Source of the DNA: Phoronis australis
Taxonomy: Eukaryota; Animalia; Phoronida
DNA length: 64,000 nt
NCBI GenBank assembly: GCA_002633005.1
Contig: NMRA01000456.1
Location: forward strand, 125,147 to 189,146
Reading direction: 5' to 3'
Within the stretch, counting starts at the first letter, position 1; each line of letters begins with the position of its first letter. The notes below the pieces were generated by a model. The model was given only the letters and a program-made list of their open reading frames with translations, had not been told where the DNA came from and ran no database searches. This document shows, one piece after another, positions 51,901 through 63,661 of this stretch. A program made the position numbers and the translations under genes.

Positions 51901-54900
51901 ACAATAAACTACATAAACTACATAAACCCTTAAGCATGAGCTCATTTGAACCAGGAAGTCATAAGAAGGTGACCTCTTACAGACAAGAGTTATGTAATGT
52001 GAAATGAAAAGTGTCAAAAACCCAGGCTACCCACACGACACAGCTCACGCACTTATGAACTTGCAGACCTGTAATCTTAGCTCAATACTCACAAACTCGT
52101 GCACACAGTCACAAAAAACATGACTGACGGAGACATATCCAAACAAACACGTGAATGGGCAGCAAAAGATCTGTGGGCAGTGTTTACAGATGCCAAAGCC
52201 GTATTTATGAGCACTGGAGTCGTGCTTACCGATGCCACAGTCATGTTTACAAGTGCCAGAGTCATATTTGTAGGCGCAAGAGTCATGTTTACAGGTGTTG
52301 GAGCTGTGTTTACAGGTGTCGGGAGTCATGTTTACAAGTTACGATGTCATGATTACTGGTGATGGGGCTGTGTTTACAGGTGCCGCCGTCGTGTTTACAA
52401 GTGCCGTAGCCATGTTTTTCAGGTGTCAGAACCCCGTTTTCAGGTGCAGAAGCTACATTTACATGCGCCGGACCCATTTCTACAGGTGCCAGAGCTTTGT
52501 TGAGGGCACAAGTTTGTGAGTCATTGAACGGAATTTACAGGTCTGTGAGCCATGTTCGTAAGTGAGGCGCTATGTTTATTTGGAGCTTGACCAGTGTTCC
52601 TTGGGTAACGACAAGAAATAGATGCAAATCATTCAGAAGTCAATGACCGTACTAACCGCAGATGGCAGCACCACACACTTCGTGAAATGGTGTACCCAAC
52701 AAAGCCCCCTTGACTCAATCCTAAAACAAACCTCTAGCATGCCCGAGATCAAAGTTGTTCTCACCCCACCAACAGCTCTGGAAAGTTTCATGCAATTATT
52801 TCCAATGTTTGAGTTATATGAACACTTGAGTTATATGAACACTTGAGTTATATGAACAATTGAGTTCAGTACAACATTTGGAAGGGATTAACATTCACAG
52901 GACAAAATCAGTTTCCAATGCTCTGCACTGTTGTAACACTCAAATATTTTTTTCAAAAATTACATATTCTACAGTAACATCTTGTCATTTTCAGACAAAA
53001 ATAATTTCAAAATTGGTCTTTTCGCAAATGCATCTAACACTGTTATAAATACCCACAATTCCCCAGAATCACTGCCTGATGACAGCTGTGTTAAAGATCT
53101 AAAAATGACATAACATTTATAACGTACTCCCAATATTTTACAAAAAATTCTTAAATCTTCCCTTGTCCTAAATTGGTGAGACTTTACCGGAGTCTACTTC
53201 AAACAAACTTCAGCCCCTTTGGGGTTGGTGATAACAGTCAAGACATTAGCCAACTTACTTGACACTGGAGTCCGGATTGGCCACGAAAATGCCAATGTAA
53301 ATAGCTAGCATGGAAAGTAACACACAGGCCAGGGATATAGAGGCAAATATGCTGACAAACTTGACTCCGAGGAAGACACAGACAGAGAGCAGCAGTAACA
53401 ATATTGTGCCATAGACACGGTAGTTATTGAATGCATTCGCATCCACAGTGATGTCACCAAACAGGGAGCCTTGAGGTACCATGTATTTCTGAAATACACG
53501 GGTTTAGGTCATTAGGAGACAGTAACAGTTATGCGTGTACCCACAAAATACAATTAGTGCTAAGGCAGGAACACTTCAGTAGTACTTCATCGACCTCCCT
53601 AGATTGATTTTTGATGTTAAAACACTAGGTTTTGTATTAGTGATATGGGGATTAAGAAGAACTTGCATTATTGCTGAAGATTGAAAACAGTAAGTTGGTC
53701 TCTGTAGGTTCGTGTTTTGTTCACGAAAAGCAGCGTTGCTCACTGGAGAGGCAATCATTTAGACATCTCACTGAAAAATTTAACATTGACAAAGAATAAG
53801 TATACACCTCTGGAGAAAGTGACACAAAACTATATTACTAAGCAAACACCAAGTTAATATAACTTACTAATAGAATTTCCACAGCACCAATGATGTACAT
53901 GGCTGAGGCAAAGGTGGTGCCCAGATAGAACAAAATGCCGACAGCTCCTCCAAACTCAGGGCCGAGGGAGCGAGATATCATGAAGTAAGACCCTCCCCCA
54001 GGGACCACTCCATTGGTGGCAATAGCACTCATGGAGATGGCCGTAAGCATTGTCTGAAATTGACAATCAACACAGTACAATCACATAAAAAAAACACAAA
54101 TCCACAGGTTTAACAATTGCGTTATTATATCCGGAATGTAATGGTATTTACCTAAGTGTAAATCTAGGTACTTGTATTTATGTGCAAAATATTTTAGCAA
54201 AGCAAGAGCAAATTTTAAATAATGAACGTGAACTTAATAAAAATACACGTTGACATGTTTACAATATAAGATAAAGTAAGCAACAGAAAACGATGTATGG
54301 AAAACAATCCAAGAGCAAAACATGTTATTTCAAATTCAGACACACTGGTGAGGTTAAAAACATTTCAATTTCATGCATTTACACATTGTTATCATATAAT
54401 TTGGACAGATTATGGAGTTATAAAGCAGTATTTATTGACCGTTACTATGGTAACAACATTTTTCTTAAGGTTACAATTACTTCATCGAGATTCGAACCCG
54501 CTCTCCCATTTTGAAAGCCTCGACTTATCACTGCGCCACCAGCGCGTAACTAAACTCAAAAGTGTGGTAAGCCTTTTTATTTCATCTGGATTCTGTCATC
54601 ACATTTGATTTTAAATTTCCGTAAAATATAAACCACAAGGTGAATGCTAATCTGCATCAAGGCACTGCAGTTCCCAACATCACGCTATTGCACAAAAGGT
54701 GTTGTAAAGGCTAAACTGTTTGCTGACCTCCAATGCAGGTTCTTTGAGTGCACTTTAACACATGTGCTCTCAACACGCTGACACACAGTTTGTGATCGCA
54801 TTGCCATAGCCAAATGACGTTTGATGACTGTTTTGCATTAAAAACAACCAAACAACCATTCTACGATCACAAAGCATATTTTTACCTAAAATATAATCGA

Positions 54901-57900
54901 TGGATCCTTTGTCCATTCAAAGCATCCTCTGGAAGATTTTTTCAAAATCTCTCCACAATGATTTGGATACAAAACTTGTAGCTCATTGACCCAACGAGTG
55001 ATGAACATATTATCCAAAGCCCAAAACACACTGTCAGCCTCCTTCCATGAATTACTTAGCGAATATAATCATATACAATAAGAACAACTGACTTTCAAAC
55101 TCGGTTAATAAGTTAGCTTTCAGACCCCAAAACTGTAATAATGAACGAGGTTCTACCTCGGTCATTATCACATTTTAATTTGTGTGTCTTTTACATCATT
55201 TGTATTGAAAACAAGCGGCAGATATTGAACTGGTTATTTTACACATTATTTCTACTCTTTTTCTTTTGGACATTCATTTCTGATTAGATAATTTAGACGA
55301 CTCAAAGAACAAGACGATGGCCTCACCGTACAGCAGCAAAGTAGAACAATCATGAAGAACTCAAACGAGCCGGAGACACCGACCATCCAAGTGACACGTG
55401 TAAACAGGATGACACCAAATATGTTCTGTATTGTGGGCAGGTAAACACCTAGTAGAGTCCCCAGTTTGGCTTCCTGTAAATCATTACATTCAGTAAGTCA
55501 TCATTTCTATAGTGTCAATCCAACCTCCTCACAAAGTGGCTTTGTGTAAATCAACACACCCAAAATTCAGTATATCTATAGCACACATCTAACCACCTCA
55601 AAGGCATATTTACCCATAACGAATGATGATAACTGTTGGTATTTGTCTTGATAACATCACTTGGTTTTGGTTTGTTCATCAAAGTTTTAGAAGGAAATGT
55701 TGAAGAAAACTATTCATTTTCATTAACAAATTAAAGCAGACTGGGATAAAAGTATGCCTGATACAATTCTGATTGTGTTTCAAGTATGTACAGAACACCA
55801 GAGGTTTTGGTAGTCATGTTTATTCCACATTTATTGAAATATAAACAAAATCACATTACTCACTTCCACATTTATTGAAATGTAAACACAAAACACAGTA
55901 TTCACTTCCATATTTTTTGAGATGTAAACACAATCACAGCACTCACTTTAGGTTTATATTGTGCAGTCTCCATCTCATGTTGACTGGGTGCCATGCCTGC
56001 CTTATAGTTTGCCAACTTAGATAATACATAAGCCACCTTGGGCCTCTTCTCAAACTCTTCCTGCAATAAATCAGTCAAGATGATGCTTATATAGCTCATT
56101 ACGCCTGTCCTCAAACATTTCCACCAAAAAGTTAGATATAATAACCTAACACAACCTTACTAGATATGCCAGCCACCTTGCAACACTCAAATTTATATTA
56201 CATATTATACAAAATTTTTCAAGGTTTCAAATTGTAAGCGGAAATGGGAAGGCAAAAGAAAATAGATTACTGTTATAGAATTTGCATTTTCGGTAATATG
56301 AACTATGTTGAAGACAAGACAAACTGCGCTTTGTGTTGGTGTGTAATGCTGATGCAGACCTCTGTCAGCAATATATGAATGTACATTTTGATACTCTTAA
56401 CCCTGTCCTATACTTCAACAAGATTAGGAAGACTCCTGATGCAAACACGATAAAGTTTGTATATTTAGCCACAGTGCGTAGAGAAAAATTTCTTAACTCG
56501 ATGTTTTGTATTTAACTGTGCTTGTATGTATGATTGTTATTGTACTTTGGGCCTCTTGCCTCAAATGCAATAAAGTAGGTCACATAATACCATGAACTCT
56601 CTCTATTTTCAATTTATTCTGAATCAATTTAAATGCAGCTAGACACCAGACCCACAACTTAACAAATTTTCATTTTCTAATGCTCCACTTGACATCCTGC
56701 CCCAATTCACGCCACTGAGAATTCCTTGGTAACATCTGTGTCTTTACGAAAGTCTATCTTATGCAAAGATCCCAATGTACAGAACTCGCTTACCTTAAGT
56801 ACCAAATGAGTAATAGCGGCACCTTGTCTTATTCAGGTGGGAAAATACCTCTCCTCCCTTGCTATGCTTTATGCCCAAGTCTCATCAACTAATAAATCTT
56901 CCAACACCCATCCCATGAGTTTGTGGCAAAAATGGTAATGGGTGGACGTTGGCGACAAAAATCGCACCAATTGCTATTGACGTCACGAAAAATCGCTCAA
57001 CCAAGGTATTCACAAGGATAGAACTCAATCAGCGAGTTCGGCTAAGCTTAGCCTGATATTTAACCAAAGCACTCTTTGACGTGGTTCGATATACGTATTG
57101 TTTCCTTGGAATTTACCCAAATCGACCATTCCCGTAAACACATCCCCACTGCTCGCCTCAAAGCCCAAGCAATGATTTTAGTATCCCAATACACGAGCCC
57201 TAGTTATTAATCCGCAAGAACTCTCTGAGATCACTTTACTGCTTACAGCAAATCAAACACTTTAGAAAAAGTTAATTTTGAGTTGAGCTTGGAAACACAG
57301 CAAATAAAATGCTCTGATTTCATAGTTAGCTTGCCACCCACTTTACAGAAGTCTGTTATTAACCTGTTGGTTCACTTAACAGCCTTCTAAACACATTATT
57401 AATCAGTTCGTTCACAATATGGTCCTCTAAAATGTAATAGCTTGTCAAATCATTTGACTGTCTTCTAAGCGCGTTGGCTCACCTGAGTAATTACACATAT
57501 CTTACCTCATACAAAGCCATGTGTTTGTCACCTGTAGCCAGAGAGGAGTTGCGTTGATGGAGCTCCCCTGTGAGAGAGTCCATCTCTGTAGATTTAACGT
57601 CATCGCCTGTAAAAAGGAGTCAAAAGACGTGTAAAGACAACAGTAACAACAGCAAACGAAAGTGGAGAAATCAGCAAACAAAGTTTGAGGATACAAGGAA
57701 CAAATTAAGAAAAAAGTAATAAGATCGACTGCACACGTCTACTTTTAAAACAAAGTGCAAATACAAGAGTGACATGAAAACGAAGACTCGTCATAAACTT
57801 TCAAATGAATTTTCCAGATATGACTGAATCTACATTATGGAAAAGACTGGAAAGGTAGAAATCTATAAAGACGACACTACACATTGCATTAATTATTTGA

Positions 57901-60368
57901 ACCTCTTTGTGGCAATAGTTGGATATAAAGTGCCCACATTTTGAGAACCAGTTTTTATGCCCGTTATTCAGCGGACAAAACTGCTTCTCAAACTGCGGGC
58001 ACCTTATATCCGACTTTTGTTTACCCTCTTTATTAAAATTTTTCAGCAGTGTACGAGCAGGTATAATGAGTGTTGGATGCAGAGGGTGCAGAGAGCTAAG
58101 TAGCTTATAAGCACATTACTAGCAACACAACAGGCTTCAAGCTTAAGTTAGTTGTTTGTGATGAGACATATCTGATGGGTTCTCGATGACAACTTCCAGC
58201 CTACAGACCAATGAGATGTCTTAGCCAGTTGACCCAGAGGAACCAGTGAAGTCAACCAAGAGCAGCCCGCAGTACCAAGCCAAAAGAAAACAGAAAAAAT
58301 ACCATTTCTGTGTCTTGGCAATCAATTCATCTCGCAGATTCTTTTTCGTTTAATTCTGATCAAATATGATAGGTCATGAACCATCGCAAGAGCTGCAATC
58401 CCTTATGAAAATCTTCTGATACCATCGCAATGATTCATTATATAGAATAACAAAATATGTTGAATTCACTTAATTTGTAATGTACAGAGCACTAAACTGC
58501 ATGATGTGAGCAACTTGATTATTGTCAATCATAACTGTGGATTGTCCATGAACTAAGATTTTTGGTGCCACAGTGACAGACATGAAAGTTTTACTATACC
58601 ACAAAGCATTGCGTTTGTGCGATAGCCCTTAGCCAACTTTGTTTAACCCTGATGTAAGACTGAATGGCAAAGTTCAACTTGGTCAGTGCGAAATTCTAAT
58701 CATGAACAAAACCAGTATACTAACTGATTTGCAATACATATATGCATAGGATCAATGTTTGTCTGAAAAGAGGAAGATTCTTTTCGCTAACATTTCAATT
58801 CGGTTCTGCATTTTGCATTCATGGTCGTCTTAAAAGACATTTGTCGTGCCTTTCATCTGTTAAAGTTGTTTACCATTGATAAGATCCAAACTAAAGGAAT
58901 AGTTAATAACTTTTCCGCTTGATTTCAATTGCTGCACCTGACAGACGGCTACTATGACAGTCAATTCCGCTTACACTCAACGTCATAGCGTGGAATTATG
59001 TTTGCATTCGGACATCATGACGCAGAATAACAGCCAGAGTATTTTGTCTTTTCTTTTGGCTTGTACTGTATGTGTAGGCCAATCATTCCCATTACCCTTG
59101 GTGGCATTCATTTAAATTCTTAATGGTTCATTACAGTCATGTGACAAACTGAAATCAATGAACAAAAAGTAGTAAAACTAGACTGAAAGCACACACTTAA
59201 AGGTGATATATACATACATATATGCATTTCCCTTCAGAAATTACATAGAAGGTAAACTTAGCCATACTGCTCACTGGTCATTTAACGCTATATTGCAAAA
59301 TATCACCTAAAGCATGGATACTTTAAGATGTTGGTAAATAAATTATTATTTATAAGTGCATATTTGCGAGATGCCCAGAATGATTTTTTTTCTTCTACAG
59401 TCAGAAAAAACGACAAAGTTCTTTTTTAAGTTTATTTTTTAAACAACACCTTGCACAGGCTAGAATAATCTGGAGAGGACTTGGCAGAATTTTAAAAGAG
59501 AGGGTGCCATGGGATGTTTAAATATACCCTCTAAGTTGGATTGTTTTACTCTACAACAGCTAACAAAACCTGGTGAAAGCGGTGCAGTGTACTCACATTG
59601 GTTTTAAATGAGGATTGTACACAATACTGGTTAGTGCACACTTGCTTGTTACCAGATCAATTCCAAGCACTTTCAACCAGATTTGCATCCGCTTACATCC
59701 TGGCTGACAGTGATAAAATTACCTTAATTCATTAGGCATGAATTCTAAGGGGACATATTAACTTAAGAGCCTTTTGGGGAAAGTGATTGTCTTTCTTAAT
59801 CAATTGCCCAACATAGCAAGATGAATGTAAAGTTAAAGTGTTGCGCAAAATGTGACCACATGCCACTTAGAGGATAGATGAGCTGAAGTATTCGAAGGAC
59901 TGACATGAATAATTGAAAACAAAACACTAAATGAATACCAGGGGTTAATGCACCAAACTTAAAACAAAGCATTAGAAGATAATTGCAATTCTTAAAGTTT
60001 TCAGAGATTTCAAAACACGTTTCAATTTGAGCCCTCTGAAGATCAAGTTAATGAAAACAATTTAACATTTGAACGCGATGTTGGAGCGATACCTTTAGGG
60101 TTAAAACATTGAGTGATCAGTTCAATGGGACTCTGCACTCGAGTTGGGCTCCTAACACCTTCACCTGGTCCTTTGAAATTCTTGTCGTCTTCATGAACGT
60201 CATCATGAACTATTGAACTAGGCGCTCCAGGTGTTTTATGACTGGTGCTACTGGCAGTTGTTTCCCCTGGACTGATTATTTCCTGGTTGGTATCTTTAAG
60301 ATTTCCAGGATCATTTGGTTCAACAGTACGATACTGATCAGCTGGGGCTCTCTCATCAATCTCATGAC
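36902..60368 (-). CDS. SLC12A4: K-Cl cotransporter (SLC12A4/5/6/7, KCC family), 5'-incomplete, 23-24 exons in the window
   Basis: [142 protein letters not shown]. Large glycosylated TM5-6 loop of KCC type. The symbol denotes the family only, not a specific paralog. Confidence 0.95.
36994..37844 (-). other. U12-type (minor) GT-AG intron
   Basis: 5'SS GTATCCTTT; branch TTCCTTAAC-CCTGCCTCAG. Confidence 0.92.
37002..37200. repeat. 40-bp tandem repeat x5 or more whose first unit contains the U12 branch point
   Basis: gggttaaggaag (37002), gggtcaaaggaag (37041, 37081), aggtcaaaggaag (37121), then decaying copies. Confidence 0.85.
37845..37978 (-). CDS. KCC exon
   Basis: [33 protein letters not shown]; U12 donor follows. 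Confidence 0.94.
38532..38764 (-). CDS. KCC exon (variable C-terminal region)
   Basis: [28 protein letters not shown], phase-consistent. Confidence 0.8.
39445..39552 (-). CDS. KCC exon
   Basis: [19 protein letters not shown].. Confidence 0.94.
40420..40642. repeat. 22-bp minisatellite, about 10 copies
   Basis: CCAAGCCCTGCACAACACAATA. Confidence 0.95.
40659..40750 (-). CDS. KCC exon
   Basis: [30 protein letters not shown]. Confidence 0.94.
40751..41778 (-). other. U12-type (minor) GT-AG intron
   Basis: 5'SS GTATCCTTT; branch TCACTTAAC-TCGTTAAACAG, no polypyrimidine tract. Confidence 0.85.
41779..41868 (-). CDS. KCC exon flanked by two U12 introns
   Basis: [29 protein letters not shown]. 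Confidence 0.94.
41869..42753 (-). other. U12-type (minor) GT-AG intron
   Basis: 5'SS GTATCCTTT; branch TTTCCTTGAC-GTGTACAG. Confidence 0.92.
42754..42870 (-). CDS. KCC exon
   Basis: [26 protein letters not shown]; U12 donor follows. Confidence 0.93.
43053..43280. mobile_element. TA-flanked MITE; family copies also near 3740-3930, 35210-35470, 60500-60675 and 63090-63460
   Basis: Imperfect TIR tacggaataaattctccaatttgg / ccaaattcggcaatttttacctta; terminal motif ccaaa(a)ttggagaatttt(t)actg recurs at the other loci. Confidence 0.6.
43479..43585 (-). CDS. KCC exon
   Basis: [23 protein letters not shown]. Confidence 0.94.
44386..44474 (-). CDS. KCC exon
   Basis: [21 protein letters not shown]. 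Confidence 0.9.
44885..44964 (-). CDS. KCC exon
   Basis: [18 protein letters not shown]. Confidence 0.92.
46056..46249 (-). CDS. KCC exon
   Basis: [31 protein letters not shown]. Confidence 0.95.
46789..46908 (-). CDS. KCC exon
   Basis: [30 protein letters not shown]. Confidence 0.94.
47311..47584 (-). CDS. KCC exon
   Basis: [34 protein letters not shown]. Confidence 0.95.
48113..48231 (-). CDS. KCC exon
   Basis: [32 protein letters not shown]. Confidence 0.94.
48551..48608 (-). CDS. KCC exon
   Basis: [18 protein letters not shown]. Confidence 0.92.
48609..48794 (-). other. U12-type (minor) GT-AG intron
   Basis: 5'SS GTATCCTTG; branch TTTCCTTAAC just upstream of the AG. Confidence 0.92.
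48795..48893 (-). CDS. KCC exon
   Basis: [32 protein letters not shown]; U12 donor follows. Confidence 0.94.
49366..49512 (-). CDS. KCC exon
   Basis: [25 protein letters not shown]. Confidence 0.93.
50243..50493. repeat. 38-bp minisatellite, about 6.5 copies with alternating variants
   Basis: CCTGAAGTGTAAACTATGATCTAGCCATATACTAC(TGC/AGT) at 50253, 50291 ... 50481. Confidence 0.95.
50553..50782 (-). CDS. KCC exon (glycosylated extracellular loop)
   Basis: [36 protein letters not shown]; four Cys and NxS/T sites. Confidence 0.92.
52045..52570. mobile_element. Foldback/MITE-like element with long imperfect inverted ends and an internal 21-bp array
   Basis: ctcacaaactcgtgc (52088) vs gcacaagtttgtgag (52506-52520); cagacctgtaa vs ttacaggtctg; internal gtcatgtttacaggtgccaga-like repeats. 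Confidence 0.65.
53259..53488 (-). CDS. KCC exon
   Basis: [25 protein letters not shown]. Confidence 0.94.
53868..54053 (-). CDS. KCC exon
   Basis: [22 protein letters not shown]. Confidence 0.95.
54481..54545 (-). mobile_element. tRNA-derived SINE head or tRNA pseudogene
   Basis: Minus strand: A-box-like TGGCGCAGTGAT and B-box GGTTCGAATCT; no intact cloverleaf. Confidence 0.55.
55327..55473 (-). CDS. KCC exon (TM1-2)
   Basis: [36 protein letters not shown]. Confidence 0.94.
55822..55946. repeat. About 42-bp tandem repeat x3 starting at a KCC donor site
   Basis: actcac (donor GTGAGT) at 55941, attcac at 55900, actcac at 55858, within ttccacatttattgaaatgtaaacac units. Confidence 0.8.
55947..56060 (-). 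CDS. KCC exon
   Basis: [19 protein letters not shown].. Confidence 0.9.
56215..56576 (+). mobile_element. LINE 3'-end remnant (C-terminal zinc-finger region, 3'UTR and AATAAA)
   Basis: [41 protein letters not shown] resembles the LINE ETGR..R.C..C...EDE.HF...C motif; AATAAA at 56569. Confidence 0.65.
57506..57606 (-). CDS. KCC exon
   Basis: [17 protein letters not shown]. Confidence 0.85.
60165..60368 (-). CDS. Putative KCC N-terminal exon (symmetric phase 1-1)
   Basis: Open 204 nt: [27 protein letters not shown]; weak AAG acceptor, donor G|GTGAAG; phase fits the next exon. Confidence 0.55.
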
Positions 60369-63300
60369 CTTATTGATAAAAGTTCGTACTTATTGCAGTC
60401 CATCAGTAAACTTAACTTAGTCAAGTGAGATATGTCTATGGTAAATGTTCTCTAGTTAAGAGAGTTTTAAGAGACAGTTTTTATATTTTGAGACACCAAA
60501 ATTAAACCAGAAATCAAATTAAATTTTCTTGATTCTGAAGATTGGGACACAAGAAACTTTGGTGCTCATAATAGTTCTCAAACATCAGACACTGTTTTGT
60601 GTATCACCAGTCTAGGTCTGACCTTGAGCAAAAAAATAATTTTGTGCTGTTCCAAATAAGACAACTTTACCGTACCATATTTTACTAAACCCAAGACTCA
60701 TATACAACTCGAATGAAAAGGGGTGGGACTGGGACGTTTGGAGAATGTGACAGGGCCTCAAACACATATTTCTGAACTCAACTGAAAAGTATGCAGTTAA
60801 CTCATTTTCACATAGCTCAAGGTGGGTGGCAGGATAGGCATTGTGCTGTAAGAGAAAAGAAACGGAACATTACGTTAGCAGATAAAGGATGCAGCTGATG
60901 GGAAAGCCTGTGTGGTAAGCGGGGAAAGGATATCTTGGCCTTTTGAAAAACGGGAGGTGAGCAGTTTCACTAAACCAGCAGATGCTATTAATCACAGTAT
61001 TGCTCCTTCATGTTAAATCGCCTTACTTCACCTTTTGTCCAGGATGTAACAACCACATCCTACAGTGAACATACGCCGACCTACATCTGCCATCCTTATA
61101 ACACCATTCGCCCAGAAATTTAGACTTGAGAAACAAACCATAAATGTTTATTGTGTGAATGGTGTGAAAATAAAGAAAATTGTCTTACATCTTGGTGAAT
61201 CGTCCATTCCACACTTGTAATAAATGTGTCTAACCCTCGCCAAAGCCATAACAGTAATCATACGTAACCTTCAGATTACCACTACATTTAAGTAGAAGCT
61301 GCCTTAATTATTTATGAATCCTGTATCCAGGATTACTTGTTCAATGCGCTCCCAACACCATTACCCTAAGCCTCTAGTCAAAACTTCTACGCTTTCATTC
61401 AAATTCAAAATGCTGCTTTCTCACTTGAGTCTGTTTCTACCGAATCATTGAACAACATGATACTGTAAACTCCCACCAACTTCGGACAAAAATAATTGAA
61501 AAAATTAATCTTCTTTCAATTTTTAAAAGCTTCAAACATTGCCTTAAACATTCAAAATTTCTCAAAAACATTGACTGATGGCATAGACCTTTAAAAATGG
61601 TGTAGCATTTAATTGGTAAAACATGCATTTTATTAAAAAACGAATACACAAAACTTCAATTGTCAGCCATAATGTCTCCTAAATTGGTGAGATTTTAAGT
61701 AAAAAAGATTGGATGATGCACTGCTTCACCAAATCTATGGAAATGCCAGTTAAGTATTCCAAGAGTCAAAGTATTCATGTCAAAAACATCCATTCAAATT
61801 CCTCTACAGGCCTATTTTGAACGTTCTAGTAGCATCAACGGGTTCAAAAAAAAAAAACTTTTCTCAGAATTGTGACTGATCATAAATTAATACTGTCACT
61901 CAGTATCTCCCCTAAGAGACCTAAAAAATTACAATACCTTCAAATTACCACTCTACTGCTGTGGGATATTCAACTCAAACATTCACGCAAAACGTCTGTG
62001 AATGAAATACATGCCATTTCATATTGGCCAATGTGACTATTCTTGCACATTGCATTTGACCCAAGAGACTTTAAATTTACTGAGAGGGACTACAGTGACA
62101 ACGGTCCTACTACTAGAAATGCATGCATTCAGATAGTCACAAGGGACACTTAGCCAACAGATGATGTCTTGCTCATGAAGTGCTTTCAGCTCTAATTCTA
62201 TTAAGAGCCTTTAATTATCAGAACCATCAAGAGGGACCAGATTACTTAGGATTACCTAGTATATCCGATGTTTGCTACTTAAGGTTCAATTCAGAATTAG
62301 GTGTTTCAGATGCCAAAGTTGGGTGTTAGCTGGCACCTTTAAATGTGATTACATTAAAATCTCACATATTTCGGATGAAATGATTGCCCAAATTTTTCTT
62401 TTTACATTTTCAAAGGCGTCATACACTGTTCCGAATGCCCACTATTTCTGAAAACATTGTCTGACTTGAAAAAATAGGAAATTTCACTTGTTTGCCATAC
62501 TGAGTCCTAAATTAATGAGATTTTACTATTTGACCGTTCAAGCCTTTTCAACCCCACAACTATCCGTTTCTATCCTATGTCTAGTCTCTACAACACTATT
62601 CTTAACAATAAGCAATGACATTTAACCTAGAACCAGTCATGCACTAGACAGCACTATCTACACACACACAGTACCCTACCTAACCGCATATCAGTCTGCT
62701 TCTCACAATTCAATCCCTTCACCTTGTATTCTCAGCAAGCTAATGATTATAAGGCAGCAAATTATATCAAAGGCAATTATCGTAAAAAGATCTAAAGGTC
62801 TTAATGAGTTATCAAGTTATCTTTGATCGATAATTCTAAAAATCTGTTAAAGGAGAAATCTAGGATTTTCCTACATTTAGCCAAATGTTACAACGGGACA
62901 CCGTTTTATTAAAAAATTCAAGCTGTCCAATACCAAGCATCCCTGAAACCAGAAGCTGAAATCATAATAATTCGTAGCTATTTCTCAGTGTCTGCCTATG
63001 GTAAACTCTTAGCTTGTATCGTGGGCTACATTAACTGTCTCTGCTCTTTGTAAAGCCATCGTTAGGAACTTCTGAATGATTCTCCACCTTGGGACGGTAA
63101 AACATTAATTATTTTGCTCAATATTAAAGCTCATAACAAAATTTTAGAAATATGCAACACTGTTCATTTCAAAATTCAAGAATTACAAAACAATGACAAA
63201 TGACGACTCATCTCGATCTTACACACGATTAGGGTGCTTGAAAAGGTAGCGTTGGCAGCTATTTTTGAAGATTTTATCAACTGCCATGTCTATTTTCAGA

Positions 63301-63502
63301 CTCTGTCAAAACAGAATAGTCTTTGAAATTATTTTTACTAATATGACGAATGCAAAAATGGACTGCGTCCCGATCTAAAGAATCAAGAAAATTGAATTTC
63401 TGTTTGAATTTCTGCGTCCCAATTCTTAGAGACAGTACCAAACTGGAGAATTTATACTGTAACCATCACGCTCCAGTCATAGATTCCACATAGGCGGGAT
63501 TA

Positions 63503-63661
63503 CCGTAATCGTTCGGGTTAACGCCCTGGGCGGTTAAATTGGCGAATCCAAAAAATCGGGGGAGGGCGGTTAACCGAGCAGTGGGCGGTTAAATCGAAAA
63601 TCCACCTAAAGTAGGAGGTGGGCGGTTAACTGAGCATGGGCGTTAACCCGAACGTTTACGG
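63503..63661. mobile_element. Tc1/mariner-superfamily MITE
   Basis: 24-bp TIR CCGTAA(T/A)CGTTCGGGTTAACGCCC, TA duplication on both sides, internal GGGCGGTTAA repeats. Confidence 0.85.

Noticed and set aside
52045-52519. Five overlapping short ORFs
   Set aside because: Open frames created by the internal 21-bp array of a repeat element.
54481-54545. Possible tRNA gene
   Set aside because: A and B boxes are present but the acceptor and anticodon stems do not pair; treated as a SINE or pseudogene.
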